From Vulcanimicrobiota bacterium (GTDB lineage: Bacteria; Vulcanimicrobiota; Vulcanimicrobiia; Vulcanimicrobiales; Vulcanimicrobiaceae): a DNA stretch of 64,000 nt. The notes beneath the pieces were generated by a model. That model saw only the letters and a list, made by a program, of their open reading frames with translations, was not told where the DNA came from and did not search any database. Where the stretch lies: contig CAWCIZ010000002.1 in the NCBI GenBank assembly GCA_963795855.1, forward strand, positions 344,342 to 408,341. The letters are read 5' to 3'. Below are positions 40,065 through 49,003 of the stretch, piece after piece (the stretch's first letter is position 1; every line of letters starts with the position of its first letter). The position numbers and the translations under genes are program-made.

Positions 40065-42200
40065 ATGACTTCTGAGAGTGGGATTGGCTCGCTTGTCGCC
40101 ATTTATTTGGGCTTGGGCGCCGGGGTCGTGGCCATTCTGTATGGCCTGTACCTTATAAGCTGGGTGATGCGGCGCTCCCCGGGCAACGCGCGGATGCAAG
40201 AAATTGCCGCAGCGATCCAAGAGGGCGCGATGGCGTTCCTCAAGCGCCAGTACACGACGGTTGCAATCGTGGCAGTCGTGTTGTTCATCGTCATTTGGAT
40301 CGGCTTAGGTTGGCAGCCCGGCGTGGGCTTTTTGATCGGCGCGGTCCTTTCCGGGGCGGCCGGCTTCATCGGCATGACCGTGTCGGTGCGCGCAAACGTG
40401 CGCACGGCAGAGGCGGCGCGCGGCGGATTGAGCCCCGCACTGCACGTTGCCTTTCGCGGCGGCGCGGTAACCGGACTCCTCGTCGTCGGCCTGGGCATTC
40501 TCGCGGTCGCAGGCTACTACTGGATTCTCTTGTCAGTGAACGCCGGCACTCCCGATCCGCAAGCTAAATCGCTTGGCGCCATGGTTGGGCTCGCGTTCGG
40601 ATGCTCGCTGATTTCCGTTTTCGCGCGTTTGGGCGGCGGCATTTACACCAAGGCCGCCGACGTCGGCGCAGATTTGGTCGGCAAGGTTGAAGCCGGCATC
40701 CCGGAAGACGATCCGCGCAATCCGGCCGTTATTGCGGACAACGTCGGCGATAACGTGGGCGACTGCGCCGGCATGGCCGCGGACTTGTTCGAAACGTACG
40801 TCGTGACGACCGTTGCCGCGATGCTCTTGGGTAATCTCATTCTCGGAAAGATCGCGGGCGCGACGACGTTTCCGATCGTGCTCGGCGCGGTTTCGATCGT
40901 CGCATCGATCATCGGCACGCTCTTCGTCGGCATCGGCAAAGTCGATCGCGCGAAAATCATGAACTCGCTCTACGTCGGCCTGGCGATTGCCGGACTGATC
41001 TCCGCGGGGGTGTTCTACTGGGTCACCACCAAGCAATTCGGCGGCGGGATTTTCGTCGAAGGCCGTCACGAAACCGCGGTGGCGATTTGGGGCTGTGCCG
41101 CGATCGGTCTCGTGATTACGGGCCTGATCACGTGGATTACGGAGTACTACACCGGCACGCAGTTCTCGCCGGTGAAACGCATTGCGAACGCATCGATTAC
41201 CGGACACGCTACGAACATCATAAGCGGGCTTGCGGTGTCGATGCAGGCAACGGCGCTGCCGGGCCTGGTCATCGTCATCGGCATCCTGTGCTCGTACGCG
41301 CTTTCAGGCTTGTACGGCGTGGGCATTGCGGTGATGGCGATGCTGTCGATGGCCGGTATCATCGTCGCGATCGATTCCTTCGGACCGATCACCGACAACG
41401 CGGGCGGCATCGCGGAAATGGCCGAGCTGCCGCAGGAGGTTCGCAACGTCACCGATCCCTTGGACGCGGTCGGCAACACCACGAAGGCCGTCACGAAAGG
41501 CTATGCGATCGGTTCGGCGGGACTTGCGGCGATCGTGCTGTTCGCGTCGTTCCTTCAGGAACTGGCGAACCACTGTTCCGCAGCCGGGATGCACTGTCCG
41601 GCGAATTTGCAGGGCGAGTTCATCATCAGCAATCCGTTCGTACTCGCCGGATTGCTGATCGGCGGCATGCTTCCGTTCTTCTTCTCTTCACTATCGATGG
41701 AAGCGGTCGGCCGCGCGGGCGGCAAAGTGGTCGAGAACGTGCGCATGCAGTTCAAGAACAATCCGGGCATCATGGCGGGAACTTCGCGTCCCGATTACGC
41801 CTCGACCGTCGACATCGTTACGCGGGCGGCGCTGAAAGAAATGATCGTGCCGGCGCTCATACCGGTCGGCGTTCCAGTGATCGTCGTGATCTTGGGAGCG
41901 ATCCACGTGTTTCCGGGAATCGCGGCCGCGCAAATCATGGGCGGCATTCTCGTCGGTGCAATCGTCACCGGGCTCTTCCTCGCGATCGCGATGACCAGCG
42001 GGGGCGGCGCGTGGGACAATGCAAAGAAGTATATCGAAGACGGGCATAACGGCGGCAAAGGTTCCGACGCGCACAAAGCGGCGGTAACGGGCGACACGGT
42101 GGGCGATCCGTACAAAGACACGGCCGGCCCAGCCATCAACCCGATGATTAAGGTGCTCAACATCGTTGCGCTTTTGCTCGTGGCCTTTATGATTCACTAG
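40065..42200 (+). CDS. hppA: membrane-bound proton/sodium-translocating pyrophosphatase
   Basis: Starts at ATG 40065 (AAGGA upstream), giving 711 aa. Motifs [39 protein letters not shown] and [17 protein letters not shown] are present. The track's upstream 114 codons are an artefact. Confidence 0.93.
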   Translation: MTSESGIGSLVAIYLGLGAGVVAILYGLYLISWVMRRSPGNARMQEIAAAIQEGAMAFLKRQYTTVAIVAVVLFIVIWIGLGWQPGVGFLIGAVLSGAAGFIGMTVSVRANVRTAEAARGGLSPALHVAFRGGAVTGLLVVGLGILAVAGYYWILLSVNAGTPDPQAKSLGAMVGLAFGCSLISVFARLGGGIYTKAADVGADLVGKVEAGIPEDDPRNPAVIADNVGDNVGDCAGMAADLFETYVVTTVAAMLLGNLILGKIAGATTFPIVLGAVSIVASIIGTLFVGIGKVDRAKIMNSLYVGLAIAGLISAGVFYWVTTKQFGGGIFVEGRHETAVAIWGCAAIGLVITGLITWITEYYTGTQFSPVKRIANASITGHATNIISGLAVSMQATALPGLVIVIGILCSYALSGLYGVGIAVMAMLSMAGIIVAIDSFGPITDNAGGIAEMAELPQEVRNVTDPLDAVGNTTKAVTKGYAIGSAGLAAIVLFASFLQELANHCSAAGMHCPANLQGEFIISNPFVLAGLLIGGMLPFFFSSLSMEAVGRAGGKVVENVRMQFKNNPGIMAGTSRPDYASTVDIVTRAALKEMIVPALIPVGVPVIVVILGAIHVFPGIAAAQIMGGILVGAIVTGLFLAIAMTSGGGAWDNAKKYIEDGHNGGKGSDAHKAAVTGDTVGDPYKDTAGPAINPMIKVLNIVALLLVAFMIH

Positions 42201-42232
42201 CCGGCGAAACGCCGGTTTCGGCGAGCGATTCG

Positions 42233-42275
42233 AACGAGCGTTCTCTTGCGAGAGGGCGCTCGTTTCGTTTTCGTT
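42233..42275 (+). terminator. intrinsic terminator downstream of hppA
   Basis: A long hairpin, AACGAGCG-TTCTCttgcGAGAGG-CGCTCGTT, is followed by TCGTTTTCGTT. A smaller hairpin, CCGGCGaaaCGCCGG-TTT, lies at 42201-42220. Confidence 0.7.
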
Positions 42276-42303
42276 AGTCTGCGCAGAGAGGAATATATCG
42301 CGC

Positions 42304-43212
42304 ATGAACCGCTTCGTCGCCGTGCTCACCGCAGCTGCTCTGGCGTTGGCCTGCGCCGCGCCAGGGCTTGCGTACACGCAAGAACAGCAGACCGAACTGC
42401 AAATCGGGCAGCAAGAGTACCAGCAACTGCAGCAAAAGGGCGAAATCGTCACCAACTCGCCCTACTATGACGTCCTCAACCCGATCGCGCAGCGGATTGC
42501 GCGCGTCGCGGACTCGCAGTACTTCGTTCCATTTCACTTCATCTTGGTGAACGAGACGGACCCGAATGCATTCGCGGTCCCGGGCGGCAACGTGTACGTG
42601 ACGACGGCGATGATGCGTTTCGTGAAGAACAAGGAAGAGTTGGCGGGCGTGCTGTGCCACGAGACCTCGCACGACATCCATCACGACGTGTACAACTTAT
42701 ACGTAAAGGATCAGCGGCTCTCGCTGTATGCCACGGGTCTGAGCATTTTGCTGGGCGGACGCAGCCAACTCGCCAACACGCTCATCAATTTCGCCGCGAA
42801 CATTCAGGCGCTTCATTTTTCTCGCAACGTTGAAGAGGACGCGGATCACAAAGGCGCGATCACGTGCGCGCAGGCGGGACTGGATCCCTACGGCATGGTC
42901 TGGTTGATGCAGGCGTTCCAAAACAGCAACATGGCAAATCCGCCGGAGTTTTTGTCCGATCACCCGAGCGACGTCCATCGCGTTCAAGCGCTGCAGAGCG
43001 AGTTCGCTGCGGATCCCTCGCTGTTCGGGAATTACAATCCGAACTCCGCGTGCGGCACGCCGCTGAGTTATTCGGGTTTTTACGATCAATACCGCGGTGG
43101 CTGCGGAGCAGTACGGCGTCAATCGAGTGCGGGCCAGGCGCATGCGAGACCCGCTTCGCCGGCACGACCTGGTGCGAAGCCCACCTGTCCGCCGAATTGG
43201 AAGTACTGCTAA
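42304..43212 (+). CDS. M48-family zinc metallopeptidase (secreted/periplasmic type)
   Basis: 302 aa with a signal peptide, the HExxH motif in LCHETSHDIHHD, and a downstream EEDAD. Confidence 0.85.
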   Translation: MNRFVAVLTAAALALACAAPGLAYTQEQQTELQIGQQEYQQLQQKGEIVTNSPYYDVLNPIAQRIARVADSQYFVPFHFILVNETDPNAFAVPGGNVYVTTAMMRFVKNKEELAGVLCHETSHDIHHDVYNLYVKDQRLSLYATGLSILLGGRSQLANTLINFAANIQALHFSRNVEEDADHKGAITCAQAGLDPYGMVWLMQAFQNSNMANPPEFLSDHPSDVHRVQALQSEFAADPSLFGNYNPNSACGTPLSYSGFYDQYRGGCGAVRRQSSAGQAHARPASPARPGAKPTCPPNWKYC

Positions 43213-43219
43213 GACCGGC

Positions 43220-43945
43220 CTACCAGCTGCCCGAAGCGCCGCCTCCGCCGAAGCCGATTCCCGAGAACCCGCCGGAAATTCCACCGCCCGAAAAACCGCC
43301 GCCTCCGCCGCCGCCGTACCAGCCGCCACCCAGGCCGGAGCCCCAATACCACATCGAGCGGCCGCGTCTGCTGAAAAGCGAACCGATGAACAGCATAAAT
43401 AGCGTGATGGCGATGACTGCGATGATCAGCACGGCGACCGCATCGCTGGAGTTCAGCGTTTCGGGCGCAGGCGTTGCTTGAGCGTTCGTGCGGTTCTTGA
43501 ACGACGGCGTGATCGTGAGCAGCATGCCGTTTACGCCGCCGGCGATTGCACCGTCGACGTCGCCGGCGCGCATCCGCGGCACGATCGTATCGCGAATGAT
43601 GCGGCTGCTGTCCGCGTCCGTAAGTGACGACTCCAACCCGTATCCGACTTCGATGCGAACTTTGTGATCTTGCATGAACGCAAAGAGCACCGCTCCTTTG
43701 TCGTTCGCGCCGCGCAGCTTCCATTTCTCGGCCGCGTTGACCGTCCAGTCTTCCAGCGGCGTATCGCCGGTCGTCCGGTCGACGTAGACGATGATGCGGT
43801 TGCCTGTTGCATCGTAATACGATTGCAATTCTTGGGAGATCGATTGGGCGGCAGACGCGCTGAGCGCGTGCGCATTATCGGTGACGTACTCCTGCGGCGC
43901 GGGCGGCACCGCCACCGTCGCGGCGAAAACGAGCGCTGCGATCAT
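43220..43945 (-). CDS. TPM-domain protein (YgcG-like) with TM helix and Gly-rich tail
   Basis: Starts at ATG 43945, overlapping the upstream stop (ATGA). TPM-like YVTDNAHALS...IIVYVDRT...AVLFAFMQDHKVRIEVGYGLE is followed by a TM helix and a GGGWYGGGGGGGFSGG tail. Confidence 0.8.
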   Translation of the reverse strand: MIAALVFAATVAVPPAPQEYVTDNAHALSASAAQSISQELQSYYDATGNRIIVYVDRTTGDTPLEDWTVNAAEKWKLRGANDKGAVLFAFMQDHKVRIEVGYGLESSLTDADSSRIIRDTIVPRMRAGDVDGAIAGGVNGMLLTITPSFKNRTNAQATPAPETLNSSDAVAVLIIAVIAITLFMLFIGSLFSRRGRSMWYWGSGLGGGWYGGGGGGGFSGGGISGGFSGIGFGGGGASGSW

Positions 43946-44325
43946 ACCGTCACCTTCGCCGGAAAGTGCGCGCGCAACTGATCGCCGACACGAGCGATGC
44001 CGAGCTCGAGTGCGGCGGTAGGGTCGCCCTTCGCGAAATAGGGCTGCATCTCGTCGACGAGCCGCGTCCAAAACTTCTCGCCGACGCGATCGTGAATGGC
44101 TTCGTCGCCGAAGACGGAGAAGCGCCGCGCCTTCGGCGCGACGAAAAATACGACGGCGTTGCGGTGGCGGTGCTCGTGCATATGCGCGGCCGCGAAATGC
44201 CGGCGCGCGTCCTCCAGCGCATCTGCGCTGCCGTGGGGGACGATCCGCACGCCGATTCGGCCCGTGGTTCCGTGCTCGGCGGCGTCGATCGCCTTGCGGA
44301 TTCGAGCCCCGTCCGGAGGTTTCAC
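43942..44325 (-). CDS. TPM-domain protein (small, cytoplasmic type)
   Basis: 127 aa: IRKAIDAAEHGTTGRIGVRIV...NAVVFFVAPKARRFSVFGDEAIH. The GTG start overlaps the lemA stop (GTGA). Confidence 0.7.
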   Translation of the reverse strand: MKPPDGARIRKAIDAAEHGTTGRIGVRIVPHGSADALEDARRHFAAAHMHEHRHRNAVVFFVAPKARRFSVFGDEAIHDRVGEKFWTRLVDEMQPYFAKGDPTAALELGIARVGDQLRAHFPAKVTV

Positions 44326-44950
44326 GGGAAGTTCACTTGCGGCGCCGTCTGCGCGCCCGGCTGCGCTTGGAAGTACGACTTGTCGTTGAAGCGCGCTCCG
44401 AAAAAGTTCGCGTACACGTTCGTCGGGAAGGTATTGCGGCGCGTGTTGAACGCTTGCGCCGCTTCGTTGTACCGGCGGCGTTCGACCGCGATGCGGTTTT
44501 CAGTCCCTTCGACTGCGCTTGCAGTGTGAGAAAGTTCTCGTTCGCCTTGAGTTGCGGGTAATTTTCAACCGTGACGAGCAGCCGGGAAAGCGCACCGCCG
44601 AGCGAATCTTGCGCCTGCTGGAACTGCGCCATCGCTCTGGGGTCATTAACGGCGTTTTTCACCACGTCGGGCGAGAGCTGACCGACGCTCGCCCGTGCTT
44701 GCGTCACGGCGATATACGTGCTCTTCTCGAAACTTGCCGCGCCTTTGACGGTTGCAACGAGGTTGGGAACGAGATCGGCGCGCCGCTGGTACACGTTTTG
44801 CACCTGCCCCCATTGGGCATCGACGGCTTGACCGAGACCGACGAGCGCGTTGTACGACGAGATCATCGTAATAACGATGATGATGCCGACGGCGAGCGCG
44901 ATCCAGCCTGCGTACGAGCGCCGTTGCGGCTGTATCTGTTGCATGTGCAT
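44322..44950 (-). pseudogene. lemA: LemA-family protein, one frame break as assembled
   Basis: The N-terminal TM helix plus LemA body (...NYPQLKANENFLTLQAQ) are in one frame. The conserved EGTENRIAVERRRYNEAAQAFNTRRNTFPTNVYANFFG... is in another and ends at 44322. The span is 629 nt = 3n+2. Confidence 0.85.
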
Positions 44951-44972
44951 CTCCCCTCGCGAGCGTTGTACT

Positions 44973-45506
44973 CTAGATGGAACGCGGTTGTTGCATGCCC
45001 GTGCTGATTCGGTATTTTTGGTAGATGGCGTAGTATGACGTTATGAGGGCGGCGATGGCAAAGGCCAGGAGCGCGTCTCCGCCCAGCGCGGCGCCGGACC
45101 GCGCCTGCGGCAGGAACGCGCGCAACGCGGCGCGCGCGAGGAACGCCACGAGCCAAATCCCGATGATGACGGGCGAACTGCGCACGTACATCACGCCTGG
45201 GCGGTCGGTGGGTTTGACGTCGCTATGCCGGCCGCGCAGCAGTCCCAGCGGAATGCCGAGCGCAGCGCCGACGATCATCAGCGCGGCGATCTGCCAGGCG
45301 GCAGGCGGAAGCTGTCCGCGCAGCATCGACGCGTACGTGTTCGCCCAAATGCTGAAGCCCGTGAGGGCGAGCAAGACGATCGGCACGATCCACAAACGCG
45401 TGAGGCTCATACGCTGCGGGCGCGCCATACGCCACACGAACAGCGCGATGATGACGACGTAAAACAGCGCGGTCATGGCGAAGGGCGGCTGATGTTCCGG
45501 CTGCAT
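44973..45506 (-). CDS. hypothetical multi-pass membrane protein (CcdC/DUF1453-like)
   Basis: 177 aa with 4-5 predicted TM helices. GGAG lies upstream of ATG 45506. Confidence 0.6.
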   Translation of the reverse strand: MQPEHQPPFAMTALFYVVIIALFVWRMARPQRMSLTRLWIVPIVLLALTGFSIWANTYASMLRGQLPPAAWQIAALMIVGAALGIPLGLLRGRHSDVKPTDRPGVMYVRSSPVIIGIWLVAFLARAALRAFLPQARSGAALGGDALLAFAIAALITSYYAIYQKYRISTGMQQPRSI

Positions 45507-45522
45507 TCAATAACACTCCGTC

Positions 45523-45561
45523 GGAAAGCAGAAACGGCGGCCTCCTTACGGAACCCGCCGT
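45523..45561 (-). terminator. intrinsic terminator downstream of the cupin gene
   Basis: On the minus strand, ACGGCGG-(14 nt loop)-CCGCCGT is followed by TTCTGCTTTCC. Confidence 0.5.
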
Positions 45562-45584
45562 CTACTTTTCTGCGCGAGCCGCCT

Positions 45585-46019
45585 TTACTTCTTTACCATG
45601 ATGTTTTGATCGGGGCCCTGACCGTCAATTTGGATGACCGACGGGGCCGATCGCGTAAAGGCGTAATGCCGCACGTTTGCCGGCATCGCAACGAAACTGC
45701 CGGGCGGGAACGCGGCGGCCTTGGCTTTATCCAGAGTCGAGCCGACTCCCGCGTAGAACATTCCCGAAATAACCGTCACGTTTTCCTGGCGCGGATGGTA
45801 GTGCACGCCGAAAGTCCAGTTCGGCGGCAATTTAAGACGCAGTACGTAAAACCCGGGCTTTGAGGGGTCGCCGTACAACACGGCCATCGACGATTTGTCC
45901 GGCTGCGGCGCCCATGCGATCTGATTCGGCATGACGATCTTCGGGCTAGGACCTGCCCATGCCGCGGCGCACAAACCGAGCGCGATGGCGAACGCGAGTA
46001 CAACACGCATTGTATGCAT
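45585..46019 (-). CDS. secreted cupin-domain protein
   Basis: A signal peptide (MHTMRVVLAFAIALGLCAAAWA) is followed by the cupin core FGVHYHPRQENVTVISGMFYAG...PANVRHY. Confidence 0.65.
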   Translation of the reverse strand: MHTMRVVLAFAIALGLCAAAWAGPSPKIVMPNQIAWAPQPDKSSMAVLYGDPSKPGFYVLRLKLPPNWTFGVHYHPRQENVTVISGMFYAGVGSTLDKAKAAAFPPGSFVAMPANVRHYAFTRSAPSVIQIDGQGPDQNIMVKK

Positions 46020-46053
46020 AGCCTGCACCTCCGGCAAAAAGGTAGCACAGCGT

Positions 46054-46089
46054 CAAACAAAAACCCACCGTGCCATTCGGCCCGGTGGG
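46054..46089 (-). terminator. intrinsic terminator ending the rplJL transcription unit
   Basis: On the minus strand, CCCACCGG-gccgaatggca-CGGTGGG is followed by TTTTTGTTTG. Confidence 0.7.
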
Positions 46090-46093
46090 TGCA

Positions 46094-46337
46094 TTTTGCG
46101 GCAACGCTGGAGCGGCCGGCACGATAACGTTGTAAACGTCTATTTCGCTCGGGCGATCCGGGGCGCCGAAAGCCGACGTGTGCTACGGCACACGAGGGTT
46201 TTCGGCAACGCTGGAGCGGCCAGCACGATAACGGTGTAAACGTCTATTTCGCTCGGGCGATCCGAGGCGCCGAACGCCGACGTGTGCTACGGCACACGAG
46301 GGTTTTCGGCAACGCTGGAGCGGCCAGCGAAATAACG
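46094..46337. repeat. 2.3 tandem copies of a 104-105 nt hairpin-rich unit in the rplL 3' region
   Basis: Unit starts (TTTT[G]CGGCAACGCTGGAGCGGCC...) are at 46094, 46199 and 46303. Each full unit contains 3-4 short stem-loops, including CGTGTGC-tacg-GCACACG. Confidence 0.9.
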
Positions 46338-46340
46338 TTT

Positions 46341-46718
46341 TTACTTGATTTCGACTTTTGCGCCGGCTTCTTCAAGTTTCTTCTTGACCGCCTCCGCCTC
46401 GTCTTTGCTCACGCCTTCCTTCACGGCTTTGGGCGCGCTCTCGACGAACGTCTTGGCTTCGGTCAGACCGAGGCTGGTGAGTTCGCGAACGGCTTTGATG
46501 ACTTTGATTTTTTCCGGTCCGGCTTCGGCGAGCACGACGTCGAATTCCGTCTTCTCGGCGACCGGAGCGGCTGCTCCCGCGCCTGCGCCCGGAGCGGCCA
46601 TCATCATCGCCGGGGCGGCGGCGCTGACGCCATACTTGTCTTCGAGCTGCTTGACGAGATCCGCGAGCTCCAGCACGGTGAGCTTATCGATTGAATCGAT
46701 GATTTCGGCAACTGGCAT
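46341..46718 (-). CDS. rplL: 50S ribosomal protein L7/L12
   Basis: 125 aa of canonical sequence (...[56 protein letters not shown]). Confidence 0.95.
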   Translation of the reverse strand: MPVAEIIDSIDKLTVLELADLVKQLEDKYGVSAAAPAMMMAAPGAGAGAAAPVAEKTEFDVVLAEAGPEKIKVIKAVRELTSLGLTEAKTFVESAPKAVKEGVSKDEAEAVKKKLEEAGAKVEIK

Positions 46719-46843
46719 GATACGTTGAGGTCTCCTTTAAAGAAAAATTCACTGCGCGAATTTTTGGCGCTTCATACCGCTTTGCAACGGTGCAGCAAAA
46801 ACGGTATTGCGCGCCCCGCCCAAACTATCGCGGGCGGGTCCTG

Positions 46844-47377
46844 CTAAGCGTTGGAACCCGCGGCTTCTTTTTGCTCGCGGATGGCGTTGAGGGCGCGGAC
46901 GAGACCGCTTTGATTGCCCGAAAGCACGGTGACCAGACCGCGCAGCGGGCTTGCGATGGAACCGACCATCTTCGCGAGTAATTCTTCGCGCGAAGGCAGC
47001 GCCGCGAGCACCTTGACGGCGGCGGCATCGAGCACGCGGCCTTCGACGTATGCGGCTTTGACTTCGATCGGTTTGACCTCGTCCGAGAATTTCTTGATCG
47101 CCTTGGCCGGGCCCACCGGATCTTTTCCGGCGAACACGACGGCGGTCGGGCCGTGGAGAAACTGCTCGAGTTGCTTGGCGAGTTCGTCGCCGGCGGCAAT
47201 CGAAAACAGCGTGTTTTTTGCGACCGCGTACGAGCTGCCGTCTTTGCGAAGCTCGCCGCGCAAGCGCGTGATCTCTTCGACGGTCAGTCCCGCATAGTTC
47301 GTGAAGAACAGATTACCGGAACCCGAGATGCGATCTTTGAGTTCCGAAATCGCGGCTTCTTTTTTTGCGGTTGGCAT
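46844..47377 (-). CDS. rplJ: 50S ribosomal protein L10
   Basis: Starts at ATG 47377 (MPTAKKEAAISELKDRISGSGNLFFTNYAGLTVEEITRLR...). Confidence 0.93.
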   Translation of the reverse strand: MPTAKKEAAISELKDRISGSGNLFFTNYAGLTVEEITRLRGELRKDGSSYAVAKNTLFSIAAGDELAKQLEQFLHGPTAVVFAGKDPVGPAKAIKKFSDEVKPIEVKAAYVEGRVLDAAAVKVLAALPSREELLAKMVGSIASPLRGLVTVLSGNQSGLVRALNAIREQKEAAGSNA

Positions 47378-47548
47378 AAAGCTCCCTAAAAAGAATAAAG
47401 CGCTCCATCCGCACCGGAGGAACGCCATTACGCCAGAGCAGACGCGCCGAACTACACGCTCGGCCGCTCGAAAGCATCAATCACGTCCTCGGTAGGCGTC
47501 GCTTGCGACATTAAAGCCCTTGCGGGCGGCCTACGGTCATCGGAGCCG
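47378..47548 (-). promoter_or_regulatory. long structured 5' leader of rplJ (candidate L10-leader autoregulatory RNA)
   Basis: About 170 nt of untranslated sequence lies between the predicted promoter and the rplJ ATG. L10(L12)4 autoregulation through such leaders is established in other phyla. I have not verified the fold. Confidence 0.35.
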
Positions 47549-47554
47549 TCCGTC

Positions 47555-47583
47555 ATCATAACAAATACCGGGGTGCGCAGCAA
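47555..47583 (-). promoter_or_regulatory. sigma-70-type promoter for rplJL
   Basis: The minus strand reads TTGCTG-N17-TATGAT. Confidence 0.45.
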
Positions 47584-47631
47584 GCGCCGACGAAAGTGGC
47601 ACCCCGGGTCGCCGACAAGGAGGCCAGTTCG

Positions 47632-48306
47632 ATGAACCGCAAGACGTTTCTCATGTCGACGTCAGCTTTAGGTGCTGCCTGCGAGTTTCCGATCGCGGCT
47701 GGGGCCGCGAACGCGCATGCGGCGATGTCCGCGCCCGAGGCGCTGGCGGCGCTTCTGGAGGGCAACGCGCGCTTTGCCGCCGGGAATCCGACCTGCCGCC
47801 CGCTTATGGAGCGAGTGCGCGAACTGGCGAACGGACAAGCGCCGTTCGCTACGGTCTTGGGATGCGCGGATTCACGCGTCCCGGTGGAGACGATTTTCGA
47901 TCGCGAGCCCGGCGACATCTTCGTGATCCGGCTGGCCGGGAATTTCGTCACCGAGGCAGCGCTCGGCTCGATCGAATACGCCGTGCAAGTGTTGAAATCA
48001 CCGCTGGTGCTGGTGCTCGGACATACGTCATGCGGCGCGGTGAAGGCGGCGGTCGATTTCGTCGAAACCGGCGCGACGCTTCCCGGACATATGCAAACCC
48101 TGGCCGGGGCGATCGAGCCGGCTGCTAAAGCGGTGCGCGCGGAGGCGGGCGATTGGTGGCATAACGCCGTGATCGAAAACGTCCGCATGAATGCGGCACA
48201 CTTGCGCGCGTCGACTCCGATTCTCAGCGAAGCGGTCGCAAAACACGACGTACAGATCAAAGGCGGCGTGTACGATCTGAGCACCGGGCACGTCACGCTC
48301 GTCTAA
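47632..48306 (+). CDS. beta-class carbonic anhydrase with Tat/Sec-type signal peptide
   Basis: ATG 47632 follows AAGGAGG. Motifs GCADSRVPVE and LGHTSCGAVKAA are present. Confidence 0.9.
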   Translation: MNRKTFLMSTSALGAACEFPIAAGAANAHAAMSAPEALAALLEGNARFAAGNPTCRPLMERVRELANGQAPFATVLGCADSRVPVETIFDREPGDIFVIRLAGNFVTEAALGSIEYAVQVLKSPLVLVLGHTSCGAVKAAVDFVETGATLPGHMQTLAGAIEPAAKAVRAEAGDWWHNAVIENVRMNAAHLRASTPILSEAVAKHDVQIKGGVYDLSTGHVTLV

Positions 48307-48376
48307 CGTTTACGTTTTCGCGGCGTAATCCGTATGGCTCATCCCCTACGCGAAGCGCACCGCGAAGGCGTACTTT

Positions 48377-48979
48377 ATGTCTATGCCTATTTCTGCGGTC
48401 ATGTTTTTCAGATCCGGCGGCAACGCGCGCGCGCTCTACGACGACGTCATCGATGAAATGGGCGTGCGCGACAACGCTCCGCGCGGCGCGATCTATCATT
48501 GGTGCGCGCCGGTCGAGGGAGGCTTGCGCGCGTGCGACGCGTGGGAGACGCGCGAAGATTTCGAACGTTTCGCGCACGATTTCATCGGACCCGCTAGTGT
48601 CAAACACGGCTTGGCGGCGCCGGACGTGGACGTGCAAACGATTCACGAACTGATCGTCGGACGCGAAACGTCGCGCGCGGGAACGGGCGTATTCCTCGAC
48701 TTTGACGGGGACAGCGACGAGTTGCTTCGCAAGATCGACTCCGTCAACGAGCGTCTACACGTCACGGCGCAACCGCCCGAGGGGCTGGCATTTCACTGGT
48801 CGGCTCCCTCGGCGAAGGGCGTGCGCGTGATCGATCACTGGCGCTCGCGCGAAGACTTCGAGCGATTCGTCCAAACGCGGCTCGCCGACGCGCTCGGGCG
48901 CGTTAGCGTGCCGCAGCCGCGCATTCAGTACTTCGAGGTGTACAACACGATCGACCGGCGGGTAGCGGCGCGGTTGTAA
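48377..48979 (+). CDS. hypothetical protein made of two homologous ~95-aa halves
   Basis: The halves are similar: AIYHWCAPVEGGLRACDAWETREDFERFAHDFI versus LAFHWSAPSAKGVRVIDHWRSREDFERFVQTRL. Confidence 0.6.
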   Translation: MSMPISAVMFFRSGGNARALYDDVIDEMGVRDNAPRGAIYHWCAPVEGGLRACDAWETREDFERFAHDFIGPASVKHGLAAPDVDVQTIHELIVGRETSRAGTGVFLDFDGDSDELLRKIDSVNERLHVTAQPPEGLAFHWSAPSAKGVRVIDHWRSREDFERFVQTRLADALGRVSVPQPRIQYFEVYNTIDRRVAARL

Positions 48980-49003
48980 AGCCGCGCCGCTGCACGGTGC
49001 GAG

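Noticed and set aside
43220-43330. A GC-rich, triplet-periodic stretch (ccgccgcctccgccgccgccg...) as a DNA-level repeat element.
   Set aside because: It is the coding sequence of the Gly-rich C-terminal tail (GGGWYGGGGGGGFSGG) that I associate with YgcG-type TPM proteins. The periodicity comes from GGN codons.
46094-46337. Whether the tandem repeats could be a CRISPR array.
   Set aside because: The units are about 105 nt and directly abutting, with no unique spacers. No cas genes are present in the window.
47568-47607. A 9-bp stem (CCGGGGTGC...GCACCCCGG) with a 22-nt loop between the carbonic-anhydrase gene and the rplJ promoter, as a possible terminator.
   Set aside because: No upstream co-directional gene ends nearby on either strand, and the stem overlaps the predicted rplJ -35 element. 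It is more likely incidental, or part of divergent promoter architecture.
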